A stretch of DNA of 64,000 nt. Source: Callorhinchus milii (Eukaryota). The notes under the pieces are model-generated. The model was not told where the DNA came from. It searched no databases and was given only the letters and a program-made list of their open reading frames with translations. Of the stretch, positions 38,440 through 51,920 are shown piece after piece. The stretch covers positions 29,638,001 to 29,702,000 of the forward strand of contig NW_024704742.1 in the NCBI RefSeq assembly GCF_018977255.1. The letters are read 5' to 3'. How positions within the stretch are numbered: the stretch's first letter is position 1; every line of letters starts with the position of its first letter. Position numbers and translations under genes: made by a program.

Positions 38440-40350
38440 TAATATAGCAACGAATAGCCTGCAGCAGGCGACAGGTCATGCACATTGAGTGCCGAACGGC
38501 AAACTTGGTTTGCAAAGAGACATCTGTTCCATTACTTAAATGCATTGTGGCTAATTACATCCTGGCCCGTCTGTGAAATGACAACCATTTTATTCTCCAG
38601 TGAACCATAAAATCCTAACATGCTCAATCGAAAGCAAGGGAGGGAGCACATGACAATTATGATCTCCAATGTGGCTCGCAGAAGCAAAGCGATGGCGAGA
38701 TGAGTGGCAATTTGCCACAAGGTAAGCTAAAAGGGAAAGGCAAAGTGTCGTTGAGAAAGACATTCAGTTAGCACTCTGCCCGACTGAAGGGACGGCAGTA
38801 AGTGGACAGCGCAAGGTTGGTGCTTGAGAAATTACTAGAGAATCACAAGGAAAAGAGGAAATAAGTAACTTTCTATCATGTTGCCAGCCATTTCCTTTCA
38901 GCCCTCCTCTTGCATGTGCACCCAATATCAGGCTCCCTCAGCACTACATTCAGGGTTACCAAGGATATGACTATTGTAGAAGCAGACTTCCTGATCTGAT
39001 TCTAAAAATGAATTTCAGGATTTTCGCCTACAAAATATATAATTGCTACAGTTTACAGTATATCTTCTGAAGCACTTTGAGATGTCCTCCTGACGTGAAA
39101 GACGCTATATCAAACGCAAGGAATTACTTTAATTTATTTTTCCTTTGTGTGTCTATGCGAGAGTACATGTGAGTGCAAGTATATGTGTGTACATCTGTGC
39201 ACGTGTGTGAATTATTGTAAACATATGTGTACATGAGTGTGTAAGTCCATATGTGTGTGCGTGTGCACGTGTATGAGTGCATGTGTCATTGCATGAGTTT
39301 GTTTGAGTGCATCTACATTTGTTTGAACGCATTGAATATGTGTGTACCTATCTGAGTGGATGTTTGTATGTGCGGGGTTTCTTCCCCAGTATCCAAACAG
39401 CTACAAATTGCTCTACACAAGGGTATGAGTGAGCTATTTAGCAGCTTGAGCCCATATTTTATAGTCCTCACTTATAATGGGAATTTTATTGTCTGCAACA
39501 GTGAGCAAGGCACACTCACCTAACCCCAGTATAGAGATTTCACATATTCACCATATGCTTTCACCGAAATTCTCATGTAAAATAACAAGAAGATTACATT
39601 TGTATTGTGCCTTTCACGTCAAGAGGACGTCTCAAGGTGCTGGACAGTGTACAGCATTTCAGACCCGAGCTGGGGTCGGTTTAAGACCAGAGTATAGGTA
39701 TCAAACTGTAACACGCCAATTGTTTTACTTTTTGGAAATCCTTGTAGTTTCGAGACTGGTGTGTGTATGAGTACATACAGTATGAGTACCTACAGAGTGT
39801 GAAAAAATAATAAATTGGTCACGACTGTTTGTGGGGCACTGCTGTTCGCAATTGGCTGCTGCGTTTCACCCACAAAATGTACAGTCAATTAATTTTATAT
39901 TATATTCTGTGAAGGGTTTTGTGCCATCTTGAAGACGTGATAAGGCGCTATGTCAAATGCAAGGATTATTATTATTATAGAACCATAGAAATTTACAGCA
40001 CGGAAATAGACCATTTGGCATTGTGTTCGTGCTGGCTCTTCGAAAGAGCAATCCATTCAGTCCCATTTACTTGCCCTCCCCTGTATTTTGTGGGTGAAAC
40101 AGATGAGAACGGGGAGAAACACAGTGAAATAGTAAAGTTTTGTGCCGATCAAGGTTATCCCTGGACCAGACAATGCTTTGCCATTGATGCTTACTCACTG
40201 CATAAAAAAATAAGTGGCAGAGTAACTCCACTGAGACATACATTGTTAGCTCAGCGCCACTGCCTTTTCTACAATAGGTGCAATAATTCACAGCCACTCG
40301 GAATTGTTGAGAATTGAGGGTGACAAGCAGGTGATGGGCATCAACCACAG
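38440..40350 (+). pseudogene. CSPG4: CSPG4-like islands (38440-38850, 40100-40350): repeat 15 and stalk
   Basis: LVCKETSVPLLK vs LANRTGSVPRFR; CADQGYP...FAIDAYS vs WAQGVPP...FATEPYN. Confidence 0.5.
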
Positions 40351-40670
40351 CTTGTCCAGATGGCTACGCACAGAACCACAGAAATATATGAGGAGAGGAG
40401 GCCATTCGGCCCATATTTTCCTGTTGGTGATCTACAATGCACCTGAGGAACTGACAGGCAGCCAAAACACGTGACCTGACAACAGCCGACTAATTAAAAT
40501 CAAGGAATCTGCCTCATCCGACAGCGGTCTCTAGGAACGGATATGGCCTCACTGGGATGAGGCGCTTGTCAACTGGACTGGTTCAGCAACTGTTTAATCT
40601 TGGTCACACAGCAAGATTTTCATTGGGATCTTCACATCTACGGCTGAGCAAAGTCACACACTGTTCAGGC

Positions 40671-41490
40671 AACAACAACAACAAATTACATTTGTACAGC
40701 GTCTTTCACATCGGGAGGATGCCCCAAGGCTATGGACAGTCAGCAATTTTGACCTGAGCAGGGGGATGGGATCAAGAGGGGTGGAGGGCAGGGAGGATAG
40801 GAGCAGGAGTGTGGCCGAAGGCGAGGTCAAAGAGGGTCTTGAAACGTGCCTTGAAGGAGGTAAGGTAGGGAGCGAGGTGAAGGAACTGCGGGAAGAAGTT
40901 CCAGAGGGTAGGGGCAGAGAGGCTGAAGGCCCGACCGCTGATGGTTGGGTGGGCCGGGCAGGGGATGTGGAGCAGGCTGGAGCCTACTGAGCGGAGGGAG
41001 TGGACAGGCTGATATGGTGATAGTAGATCACGCAGGTAGGAAGGAGCAAGGCCGTAGAGGGCTTTGAAAGTGAGGACAAGGATTGTGAACTCTATCCTGT
41101 GGGGGATGGGAGGCCAGTGGAGGTGAGTGAGGGTGGGGGTGATAGGGTCACGGAGCCTGGTGTGGGAGAGGACCCGAGCTATGGGGTTCTGGATGATCTT
41201 CAGCTTGTGGAGGGAAGAGTTGGAAAGGCCGACAAGCAGGGAGTTGGCGTAGTCGAGCCTAGATGTGATAAATGTGTGGATGAGGATTTTGGCAGCCTGA
41301 GGGGAAGGGCAGTTGAGGAGCCAGGCGATGTGGCGGAGGTGGGGGAAGGCAGAGTGGGCCATGGCACGGATGTGGAATAGAAATCACAGTTGGGGGTCAA
41401 ACAAGCCGCCAAGGCTCCAGACTGGCTCAGTGAGGTGGAGTGTGCATTCATGGATGGTGATGCTGCTACTGCCTGAGGTGTGGAGGGGCT
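40671..41490 (-). mobile_element. L2 LINE 3' fragment
   Basis: HTFITSRLDYANSLL, HLHWPPIPHRIEF, GRAFSLSAPTLWN; (AAC)n tail at 40671. Confidence 0.93.
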
Positions 41491-42539
41491 GACGGGGGCC
41501 AATCTTGTTGAGAAAAACAACTTTGTTGCTGCTACAAGCTCAGGGTATAAATGTACATATATATGTACACATATATGTACACATATGTATATATATACAC
41601 ACACAGTATAGGGTATACACATATTTATATATCATTAGAATACAAGCACGTCCCAGACAGTCACAAACACCCTAGACTGTGGTCTGCCTACTCAGTTTTT
41701 AATCACGGGTCTCAAGGTTGTGGTTTCAGACCCCAAGTCAGGATTTGACTTAATGGTCCAGGCTGATTCCTGTGCAGTGCGGGAGGGAGCGCTGCATTGT
41801 CAGAGATGGTGTCCTTCGAATGAGATATTAAGCTGAGATTCTGACTACCTGTTCGAGTGAAAAGGTGCTCTGAGGCACTACCCTGCGTGAAGCAGGGAGT
41901 TGGCGTAGTCGAGCCGGGATGTGATAAATGTGTGGATGAGGATTTTGGCGGCCTGAGGGGAAGTGCAGTTGAGGAGCCAAGTGATGTGGCGGAGGTGGGG
42001 GAAGGCAGAGTACAAGTAGTTGTTGAAATGCGATGGGATCTTTAGCGTCCACCTAAACAGGCAGAGAGGATCTCGGTTTAACATCTCATCTGAAGGACGG
42101 CATCTCTAACCATGCAGCGTCAGCCTACACTATGAGTTCAAAGTCCTAACATGGGACTTCAACCCAGAACCTTCTGCCTCAGGTGTAGGAGTGCAACTGG
42201 TTGAGCCAGGACGATACCTAGATCCATTGAACCTCAGAACGTTGCAGCACAGGAGACCACTGTGGCCCATAGTGCCCCTGCTGGCTCTCTGAATGTCCCA
42301 TTTAATTTAGTCCCATTTTCCTGCCTTTTTCCCCCATTCCCTTTTATACCTCGCTTTTTAGGATATGTAGCTAATTGTAGATAAACTGGTGTAGTTATGA
42401 GACGTACAGACCAGGACGCACCCTCCTTAGCGAAGAACACTTGAAGGCTTTAACCTTGGAGCATGGAACCTTAGAATTACGAGATTTTCTATTCCAAACA
42501 AACAATTCAAAATGTTTTTCGAGAGAAAGCATTTTTCTA

Positions 42540-42850
42540 CAGTCACGTGAGGTTTGATTTTATCAGAGTTTATCTTAAGTGGGCTCTGGTGGTGCCTATT
42601 TATAGAGAGCTCTGCCCCGGGCTACTTGCTTTCATAACAGGCCGAGCTGTGTTCCTCACTGCTTGGCAGGTCAGCACCCAGGGCAGCCAGTTGCGTAGCC
42701 TAAAACTTCATTTACACTGTGAACATCTCGTGCTCCTTTGGGCAAAATCCTGACAAACAGAGACACGCGCAGTAACAGAACTTCTTCTTTTCTTCAAAAG
42801 CTACAGAACATAATGGCCTTCCTAAGAGGAAAAGCAGAAGATTCCTGGAA
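42540..42850 (+). pseudogene. CSPG4: CSPG4-like segment: degenerate transmembrane segment and cytoplasmic tail
   Basis: FDFIRVYLKWALVVPI...LLAFI vs FLSFLEANMFSVIIPM...LLALI; ELLLFFKSYRT*WPS vs ELLQFCRTPNPA. Confidence 0.55.
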
Positions 42851-43087
42851 TCGTCATGGGTTATAAATAGAGCACTGGTGCCTAAACTCTTAACCCCTGT
42901 GTTATGGTATTATTTTTGCACTTAATGTCTGGGTGTTTAGTATTTTTTTTGTGTGTTTGTAAACTTTTCCTTAGTTGTAAAATATAGCAATCTTTGAATG
43001 AAGACCATTTGCTCTGTTTCCTCCCTATGTGTGTGTGCGTGTGGCAAACTGGCTATAGTTATGAGTGGAGAATGGAGTAGTTGTTAT

Positions 43088-43460
43088 TGGAGCAGAGAAG
43101 GTTGTGGAGAGACCTGATAGAGGTGTACAAAATTAAATGGGCTCTGACAGGGTAAATAGGAAGAAGTTATTTCCACTGTAGGGGAGTTAGTGACCTGGGG
43201 TCTTAGATATACTCTAATCACAAGAATGCAAGGAGAGATTTTTTTCATATAGATTTTTTCACACAAGTTTCTGGGTTGTGGAACGCCTTGCCAAGTACGG
43301 TGCTGGAGGCAGAGTTCAGTGTCGGTTTCCAAAGGGAAGTAGACTGGTATATGAAAGTTAGAGACTTGAATGAATACGAGGACAGGGCAGTGAGATTGAA
43401 TCAACAGCTTGCTACGAGAGCTGATGCAGATTCGATGGCCAGAATGACTTCCTTTTGCGC
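43088..43460 (+). mobile_element. CR1 3' fragment
   Basis: GDLIEVYK and WNALPSTVLEAE motifs. Confidence 0.75.
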
Positions 43461-44009
43461 CATCCATGATTCTTTGAAACAAACAGCAAACTGTGATGCT
43501 TGGCTGTTGGGATGTGATTGGTAGCAAACCAGTGACATTACCCCTAAAATTGGTTTCATTATACGCTACCTCTCCTCCCCCTTCCCCTGGACAGAGATAG
43601 CTCATGATCTGTGCCTGCCATCTTCCACCTCAGCACAGTTCAGGACACTGAGGCGAAAGAGCGCCTTTGGTTATCTGTTTCCCTTGGGTGGGGGGGACGG
43701 GGACAAGCTGCTGATCTACTGTTAACATCTACATTGGGTTTCACGTCATCTTCTCCATGAAGATGTTTGATTCCTTCCTTCCTTCGCCTATCAGGACATG
43801 GTACCACCTTGTGGCCATTATTCAGGTGAGTTTGATACCCCGGGAGGAGGGAAGGGGGGAGGAGGGTTGAGGGCACATCCTATGTTGTTACACACGTACA
43901 CCTGCAGTAAGGGGTGATCTCCTATAGTAACGGTATCCTGTAGTAACAGGATCAAAGGCCAATTTCCTGGTTGACTGGCCAGGACCACACGAGATATGCT
44001 GGAAGACAT

Positions 44010-44630
44010 TGTGTTCAGTTTTGTGTACCAATTTTAGGGAGGGTAAACCATCCACGGACGGTGTCCAGCAACAGTTTACTAGATTAATACCTGATTGAAG
44101 TGGCTTAGCTATGAGATGCTGGGTAGACTGAGGTTGTATTCTTTACAGCATAGGAAGTTAAGGGGTAATTTGATTGAGCTATTCAAAATAATGAAAGGAA
44201 TTGAAAGATTGGATAGTGGACAACTGTTTCCTCTGGTAGAGAGATCCATTATAAGGGGCCATAATCTTAAAAGCCTAGGCAGTTAATAATAATAATTCTT
44301 GCATTTGGTATAGTGCCTTTCATGTCAGGTGGACGTCCCAAAGCGCTTTGCAGGATATATTAAGTGTAGTGACTGTGTGTTTTGTGGGTGACCTAAGATC
44401 AGGAAGCATTTCCTCATACAGAGGGTTGTGAAGATGTGGAATATTTTGTCCCAGAAAGCTATAGCCACGAAATCAAGCTGCAACCATGTTTAAAAGAAAG
44501 ATAAACAGATACAGGACTTGGGTAGTAAAGGTATTAAGAGGTATGGTAAAAGAACGGGGCATTGGGATTAAATATTCTGCCAAGATCTAATAAACTGGTA
44601 GGAGACTGAATTGCCTCCTCCTGTTTCTGT
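44010..44630 (+). mobile_element. CR1 3' fragment with a SINE tail inserted at ~44285-44390
   Basis: LRLYSLQHRKLRGNLIELFKIMKG...RGHNLK, resuming after the SINE as RKHFLIQRVVKMWN. Confidence 0.82.
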
Positions 44631-46779
44631 TCTCAAATGTTCCTTTCTTGGCCATGTTTCTGTCTTTCCCCTTGCCCCCGCCATCTATTCAAATCTTTTA
44701 GTCTTAGCATCCAAGAGAAACTAGATTTGTATTATTAGTCAAGCCTGGGAGTGTGACGCATCGGAACATTAACGGGTTTATATACTTCAAGCTAGGACAG
44801 AGCAGCTCTATCCAAATAACACATTTTTTAATTCAAACTTTATCCCAATATTTTTTTAGCCCTTTAAACTGGTAGTCAAACATCAAGGATCGTGGAGAGC
44901 AAAGCTTAAAGATATTGGGTATGCCCACAAAATACACAGTCACTCCACTTTACAGTATATTCTGTGAAGAACTTCGAGACAACTCAACAAAGTGATAAAG
45001 CGCTATATGAAATGCAAGGATTGTTATTATTATTATTGGGGTGAAAAATGCCAGGGTTTTTTTTAGCAATTGCAATCTGTTATTAAAACTGATTCTGTTA
45101 AGAAACATTGTGATTTCTAATCTACTTTATCACTAAGGAATGGAGAGGGAGTTGACTCCAGATTTTGGAATGATAAGGACCATTATTTGAACCTCCCCCT
45201 ACACTTGGCTTAATTTCTGTCTCTCTCTCTTGCTCGCCAATTTCTCCTTTCTTGAAGGCAATTGACTCCTTTCCACCTCTGCTGAGGCATATTTACACAG
45301 ACGGCAGACATCCTCACACGCTTTGCTGGAGTAGCCATTATTCATTTTTTACTGTTGGCAATTTATTGTTGGCAGGTTATTTGACTGGAGTGGGGGGAAG
45401 GGAGAGAGATTTACAGCTGAGCTCAAGCTTGTCTTCATCCAGTGTGCACCTATACTGTCAGGGATCTCTGCCCAGACATCAGAGGCAGGAACCCTGATGG
45501 ATTCTCCCCACTCCCACTTGCCCTAAATCCGGGCACCGAGGACGATTGCAGTGCCTCGTCGCTTACCCCAAGCTGAAATCAGATATCGTACCATCGACTG
45601 CGATTGTGTGATTTGCTTCTTACTGGATAATGATGATAATAATAATAATAATACTCCTTGCATTTGATATAGCACTTTATCACATAGCTGAGACATCCCA
45701 AAGCTCTTCACACGATTTTATTGTAAAGTGTAGTGACTGCGTATTTTGTAGGTGGACACAGCAGCTAATTTGCAAATAGTGATGTACCAGGAAGTGAAAG
45801 CCCAGTTTGATCTGGGGGACTATTGCCCAGGAGAAACTCCCTTCTCTTTTCAGGGTGAGCTATGAAGAGAAGCTACTTTGCCCTTTAATTTTTTTCCAAT
45901 GAATTAAAGGTACACTGAAACTGGATAGTCCCTTTAAACGGATGGCCACAGACTGCCCATGATTGACATGTTGACACACAGAGCCTGATGACACAGGGCA
46001 GAACGATGGCAGCACCAAAAGCGAGCGAGGTCAACGTCTCCAGCAAGACTGGGAGGGTTCGATTCAGTGCACACATTGCGTTTCCTGTCACAATGACAGA
46101 AGCTCACTATTCAAGCCGGAAAAAAATAAATGGAATGAGATCCTCCCAAAACAAGCGGGAACATTCCAGTCTCCCCTCTCCACCCACCCCCGTTTTTTTT
46201 AAATCAAGATCTTCCTATTTTTCTGAAAAGTTGTTTTCTCTCCTTTCCTCAGACGAGTCTGTTCACACACAAAAAGTTTTAAACAGCAAACATAAATGAT
46301 AGTGCTCGCATTGTATACCTAAGAGGCAACTGTGAAGTAGTGACTGTTACTGCCTGGCACATGTCGCAGCAGTGAATCAGCGCCAGCAATCTCCGGTAAA
46401 CATAACCATGTAAAACAAGAGACAAAAACAGGACAAGAGGCCACATGTTCAGGGTTGCGAGGAGCAATTTCAGGATAGCACCAGGAGGTCAGAGGATAAT
46501 TAATATCTGGATCAGGGATGATACAAACGAGGACACTGGACTCATTCAAGAAACAGCTTGATGCAGCGTTCTTCATCATTCTACCCTCTCCTGTGACAAA
46601 TAGTTTTTGGGGTGTAAACTTAAGATGAGGGAGGAACATTGTTCAGGACAACTTAGGAACAGTACCCACTCCTGATCGCTATCTAGTGATTCCTACTGGA
46701 AAGTTCGCTCCTGTGAAAATAAATGGGGCTCAGATGCAATGTCTCCTCCCGGCCTTTCTTCTCCTCCAGCCGAATATTA

Positions 46780-47146
46780 ATAATAGAAATAATCCTTGCT
46801 TTTGATATGGCGCCTTATCACGTTGTTGAGCGCTTCAAGGAATATACTGTAAAGTGGAGTGATTGTGCATTTTGTTGGCAGCCAATTGCAAACAGCAGCG
46901 AATTGCGCACAGCGGTATCCCACAAACAGTCGTGAATTAAGTGACCGAATTATTATTATTTTTGTGGCAGGATTATTACCCCTGGAAAGCAACCCACCAA
47001 TCGACTAACAGCCTGGTTCCTACTTACTGTTAGGTAAACAGAGGGTTGTGGAGTAAGGAAACTTGCCTAAGGTTTTGCCCCACCCAGTGATTTGAAGCCG
47101 GTCCTCTTGCTTGCGAGGCAATCTCACGAACCATTACGGGGCTCCA
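46780..47146 (-). mobile_element. Full-length tRNA-derived SINE
   Basis: Same family; head at ~47060-47146. Confidence 0.88.
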
Positions 47147-47334
47147 CATATTCCTACAGACTTAGTGTCACCTGAGTAAGGGCCTCCTGGTCGTGGTTCT
47201 GGAGGACACCCGATGCCAGTGAAACCGTACCAAGTGGAACGAACAAGAAATCAAGCATCTTGAGACGAGGAGGAGGGGGTGGGGGAAATTGGTGGAAAGA
47301 ATTAAAAAGGCCCCAGTTTTCACCCCTGGCAGCA

Positions 47335-47705
47335 AACTTATTGCTGAGAGAGTAAAGTATTTTTACGATTATCACACGTCCCATTTATCAGCCCGGCTCA
47401 GGAGCAGAGAAATCGGAAGTGGCAATACGTCAAGTTGTTGTTTTTCTCCAAGGCTGCCTCACTTTATCCAAACACTATGCTCTTTGCTGATAAACCCCAA
47501 TATTACCCTGAGTTTTGTTAATGGCTTTTTTTATTTTAAAAAATCTGCTCCGTAAATAAACAATGGCCTTTTGATAGGCTTTGTCTGTTGCTGGCGATAG
47601 GCACCGAGGTGCCACATTAGCTATCCACAAGTGCAATGAATAAGCAAATTAGAGAAAGTCTGAATTCTGTTATCATTCCCTTCAGACTGTTGTCACTCAT
47701 TAGCA
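47335..47705. promoter_or_regulatory. Candidate GATA-rich enhancer
   Basis: Five WGATAR matches (47369, 47385, 47488, 47572, 47670), ETS CGGAAGT at 47414, overlapping FOX/SOX GTAAATAAACAATG at 47552-47565. Confidence 0.35.
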
Positions 47706-48994
47706 CGACGCCTGGCTTTATGATGGGAACTTGGACAGTGATGGATGATCTGGTCAGGACGACAGACCTAAAGACAGAAGTGTTTACTCTTCAGGAAGAA
47801 AGGCTTGCAGTTTTACAGTGCCTTATCATGTCGAAAATGCCTCAAAAATGCTTCTTCACAAGCAAACACTCGAGTGAAGTGACTGCGTGCTCACAGGCAA
47901 ACGTGACAGCCACTTTACACACTGCTCCAACAGCTGCGAGACGGACAAGCAATTTAATTTGGAGGAATCAACAGTTCTCTCCTTGAAATGGTCCCACACT
48001 TCACGCTGGATCCTATAGATTCTTTGAACTCAGATCCCGATTTGACACTCTCGCCTTTGAGTCAGAATGTTGTGGGTTCAGGTCCCCCTTCGGGACTTGG
48101 AACTCACATAATTTAAGCTGGCACTTCAATGCTGTGCATGTATTGGCTGCCACGTTTGCCCACAAAGCACACAGTCCCTGCAATTTCCAGTATACCCTGT
48201 GAAGCGCTTTGGGACGTTATACCGACGTGAAATGCGCTTTACCAAATGTAAGGATTATTATTATTGAATCAAGGCCTAGGCAATTCAGTGCTTCTACTTG
48301 ACAATGCTCCACTTAAGTAGGGGAAGGGTACCTATTCCTGATTCACTATCCAGTAATTAAGCCCCCCCCCCCAAGGTCCCTTTCAAACACAGATTAGACA
48401 GTTTTCTTTTAGGAAATAACATTATGGGATATAATACATGGGTAGTTTGGGACACGTGCATGCGACCGTCAGGAAGGTGGAAGGCGAACGAGAAGGACCT
48501 TGGTCTTTTCTCGTCTAGCATTTATGTTCTTATGTTCATGGTTGACAGAAAGTGCACATGTACCAACATCGGATGAGGATACCACATTGTCTGCTCCACC
48601 CCACCACCACTCCCTCTCCTTTTGTTGACTTTCCAATATCTGTAACAAGCTCTTTTAACATTGTTGCTGCATCTTTCACAATGAGTTTGGTTTGTGGTAC
48701 ATCTCCAGTCGCGGTTGCCTTTAGCTTGGACACGAGGCAGGGTTTTTATGTCGCTCTTGCAGCACAGAATCCTCCTGCACCGCAGAGTGACAAAGCCATG
48801 AATGGCGAGTGACTGAGACTTCATGGCTCTCAAAAGGGAGGGTGTTGGACGGTGATGGGCCACGTTTCAGTCCACATCAAGGGGGAGGCACTCACTGCAA
48901 GGTCGCAGAGGGACAGTAAAGTCCGCCTGAAACAGGGAAGCCATCTGGCTATTACACATCAGGGCTACTGACGACATCAATACAGTCAGCCAAA

Positions 48995-49312
48995 CACAGC
49001 AGTGTACACAAAGTCCTGTTACCCCCCGGTTTCTTCCAATGATTTTTTTATTTGCTGTTGGAGATGAGTAACTTCCTCGTCACTCCATTCGTGATACGGA
49101 AGATGTCGCACTGAACGTGGCGACCGATCATTATCTGCCATGAAAATGATGGCAATCCTCTGGACGTCTAAACACAGTTAAACACTTGTATTGAATACAA
49201 TTAAGTACTCTTAAGTACGATTATCAGGATTCTTCGACACATTTCAGTTGTTGGTCAGTGCACTGTGCAACAAAAAACACATGGGGTAACAGGACATTGT
49301 GAACACCCAGTA
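48995..49312. mobile_element. Tc1/mariner-type MITE; right end of the same family at ~29000-29175
   Basis: ~30-bp TIRs: GTGTACACAAAGTCCTGTTACCCC and GGGGTAACAGGACATTGTGAACACCCAGTA; the right end finishes in TA. Confidence 0.7.
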
Positions 49313-51722
49313 GAGCGAGAGGCAGCAGGAGAGATCTGAAACAGGGACCCACGTAAGTGAAGAGGAACCCGCTGTAAGGGGTACGTTTCGCCCACAAATA
49401 TACGGTCAATTCACTTTACAGTGTGTTCTATGAAGCGCTTTGGGATGTCCTCCAGACGTGAAAAGCGCTATATCAAATGCAAGGATTATTATTATTATTA
49501 TTCTATGAAGCGCTTTGAGACGCCGAGAAGACATGAAAAGCGCTATATCAAATGCAAGGATTATTATTATTATTATGATGACAACAGCTATTTACAGAAG
49601 GATCGGGGATACTGAGTCAGGGACTGAAATTCAACAGTGGAGTCCAGCTGCCCTAGTTGTAGCAGCCGGACTCTGTTCTGAGTCAGTGGGTGAGAATTAC
49701 TCCCCCCCAATCCGTTCCCCCCCCCACAGAGCCATGAACTGTCCCTGGAGGGAGGGCCAACACAGGCCGTTGCCTAAAGTTTGACAAAAAAGATCTGTAT
49801 TTATACAGTGTAATGGAAAATCTCTTGGCAAAACACAGCTTGTTAGACCTCCCCCTCCAATTCCTCCCTCCCCACCCCCACAAACTCCCACCAGACGCAT
49901 TTCAGAAGCTGTTATAACTGAGCTTATTTATGGTAACAAATGGAAGGCACATTTTCTTGGAACACAGATCGACGCACAACTGCACGGCAGGTCCTAGTTG
50001 CACCCTTCGTGTCAGTTTCTGTGTCCGAACACAGGAAAGTGATTTCCACACCAGTGAGACAAAGAAGAAACTGACTTATATGGAAGTATAACTTTTACAA
50101 CTGGATGTTGCTATACTCTTGTGTGTGTGTGTGTGTGTGAGAGAGAGTGAGTGTGAGCGTCTGTCTCTGTCTTTTAAAAAAAAATAGAAAGGGGGAAAGA
50201 AAAAAAGTGATTCAGAGGATAATTTCACAGACAGGCAGGCTGGGGCATTTACACAGCTGACACTGCGAGGAAACTGATACTATCAAAAGATAGTCAGAAC
50301 AAATCGTAGAGAATTCCAGTGTCTCCAGGTGGGAATTGTAGCTGAGGAGTTAACGCAGCCCCTCGCAGGCTCCTGAGGCTCACAATTGTGTATCGAAGTC
50401 CAACTCAAGAGTTTTAGTACAGTAAACCTCACATAAATTGTATCAGTTGGGAACATGTATTTAATATGACTTATATAAAGCATGAGTTAAGTCAAACTTG
50501 CATAGAATATACACTCTTGAACGGGACTTAGATAGATGTACGACTCAGGCGATTATACAATTTATACAGATCAGACTTATGCAGCACTGACTTCTCTACC
50601 CAAGGCTCCGGTCTATTGCTGCTGCCATAAACTCTTAGCTTACCTTTGACCTACAAAGATTGCACCCTGACTGCCTAGCAGTATGAGTGGGCCTTTCAGA
50701 GCGATATTCATCAACAGGGATTAACTACAACTGATGGTTCCTGACGGTAAGTAGAAGTTGATCACACCCCTCACCCACCGGAACACTGCTCCAACGTAAT
50801 CTAATCTACTGATGGTTGACAAAACTAGGGGTTTACTTCACGGCTATTTGTGGGACACTGCCGTATGCAAATTGTCTGTCATCTTCATCTACAAATATAC
50901 AGTCACTACACTTCATAATAAATCCTATCAAGCGTTCCTGATAAAGCACTGTAGCAAGTACAAGGGCTAGTTACATTTATAGGGGGAGAAAAAAGCAAGG
51001 ATCCCACTGGCTGGTAGTTGACAGTAGTGATCTAAGAATTGGAAATCCAAAGCTCATCTTCACGGATGTCACCATTGGGAACAGTCGGCAGGGATCATCC
51101 CTGACATGCAATATACATTCATATCTATATTAATACTGTACAAATAATTATATCAATATGAATCACAATTGGCATATGCAGGGAACATTCGATGCAATGA
51201 ATATCGATTATACCGCTAAACTGACCCCCAGGTAAACTTTGTTACATAGTGGGTTCCACTGCGCACATCACTCATTCCTGTGATGCCACTATTCAGAGCT
51301 GAACCAGTCATATTTTACATTTGCTTCATGGATATTTGCGGGGCATTGCTGTGTGCAAATTGTCTGCCATTGTGTTCATCTCCAAATAATACGCAGTCAC
51401 TACACTTTATATTAAATCCTTTGCAGAAGGCAAAAGCAAAGCAGGACAAAAAGTCCTTTGCTGTATTACAAATCAGTGGGGAGTGACTGGCCAGATTGCT
51501 ACACTTCATCTCAGGCGTTTCCAGGCAGACAACACAATGGACTGAGCTGACTGACCGACAGATTGTTGATTGAGCAGCAAAACGCCACAAACAGGGCACC
51601 CGTACTGTACAAGGAACAGGACCACTGTTTAATTTAACATTTTAAGAATTCAAAAATGCCACAAGGTGACAATTACACCTTCTTCTTCTTGTTCAGCAAC
51701 AGTATTAATTTCCTCGGTTTAA

Positions 51723-51920
51723 ACAACAACAACAACAAGTTACATTTGTAAAACGACTTTCACATCAGGAGGACGTCCCAAAGTGCTGGACAGTCAGGGA
51801 TCCTTACCCGAGCTGGTGGTTGGGATCAGAAGCAGTGGAGGGCGGGGAGGGTAGGAGTAGGAGGGTGACCAAAGGCACGGTCGAAGAGGAGGGTCTTGAG
51901 ACGGGTCTTGAAGGAGGTGC
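51723..51920 (-). mobile_element. L2 3' end
   Basis: (AAC)n tail; FKTRLKTLLFDRAFGH. Confidence 0.85.

Larger units (their letters stand above)
8190..42850 (+). pseudogene. CSPG4: Fragmented CSPG4 (NG2)/CSPG4B-like pseudogene spanning the whole coding length
   Basis: About 16 non-repeat islands translate, through many stops and frameshifts, into peptides matching human CSPG4 in N-to-C order on one strand: LamG1, LamG2, CSPG repeats, TM segment, tail. Matched by eye to the remembered human sequence. Confidence 0.8.

Noticed and set aside
8190..42850. A functional CSPG4-like gene with small exons
   Set aside because: Nearly every matching island contains in-frame stops and frameshifts, and TEs interrupt conserved domains.
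49030..49170. Minus-strand EWSDEEV, resembling a Myb/SANT motif
   Set aside because: It lies within the ~315-bp MITE, is short and has no further domain support.
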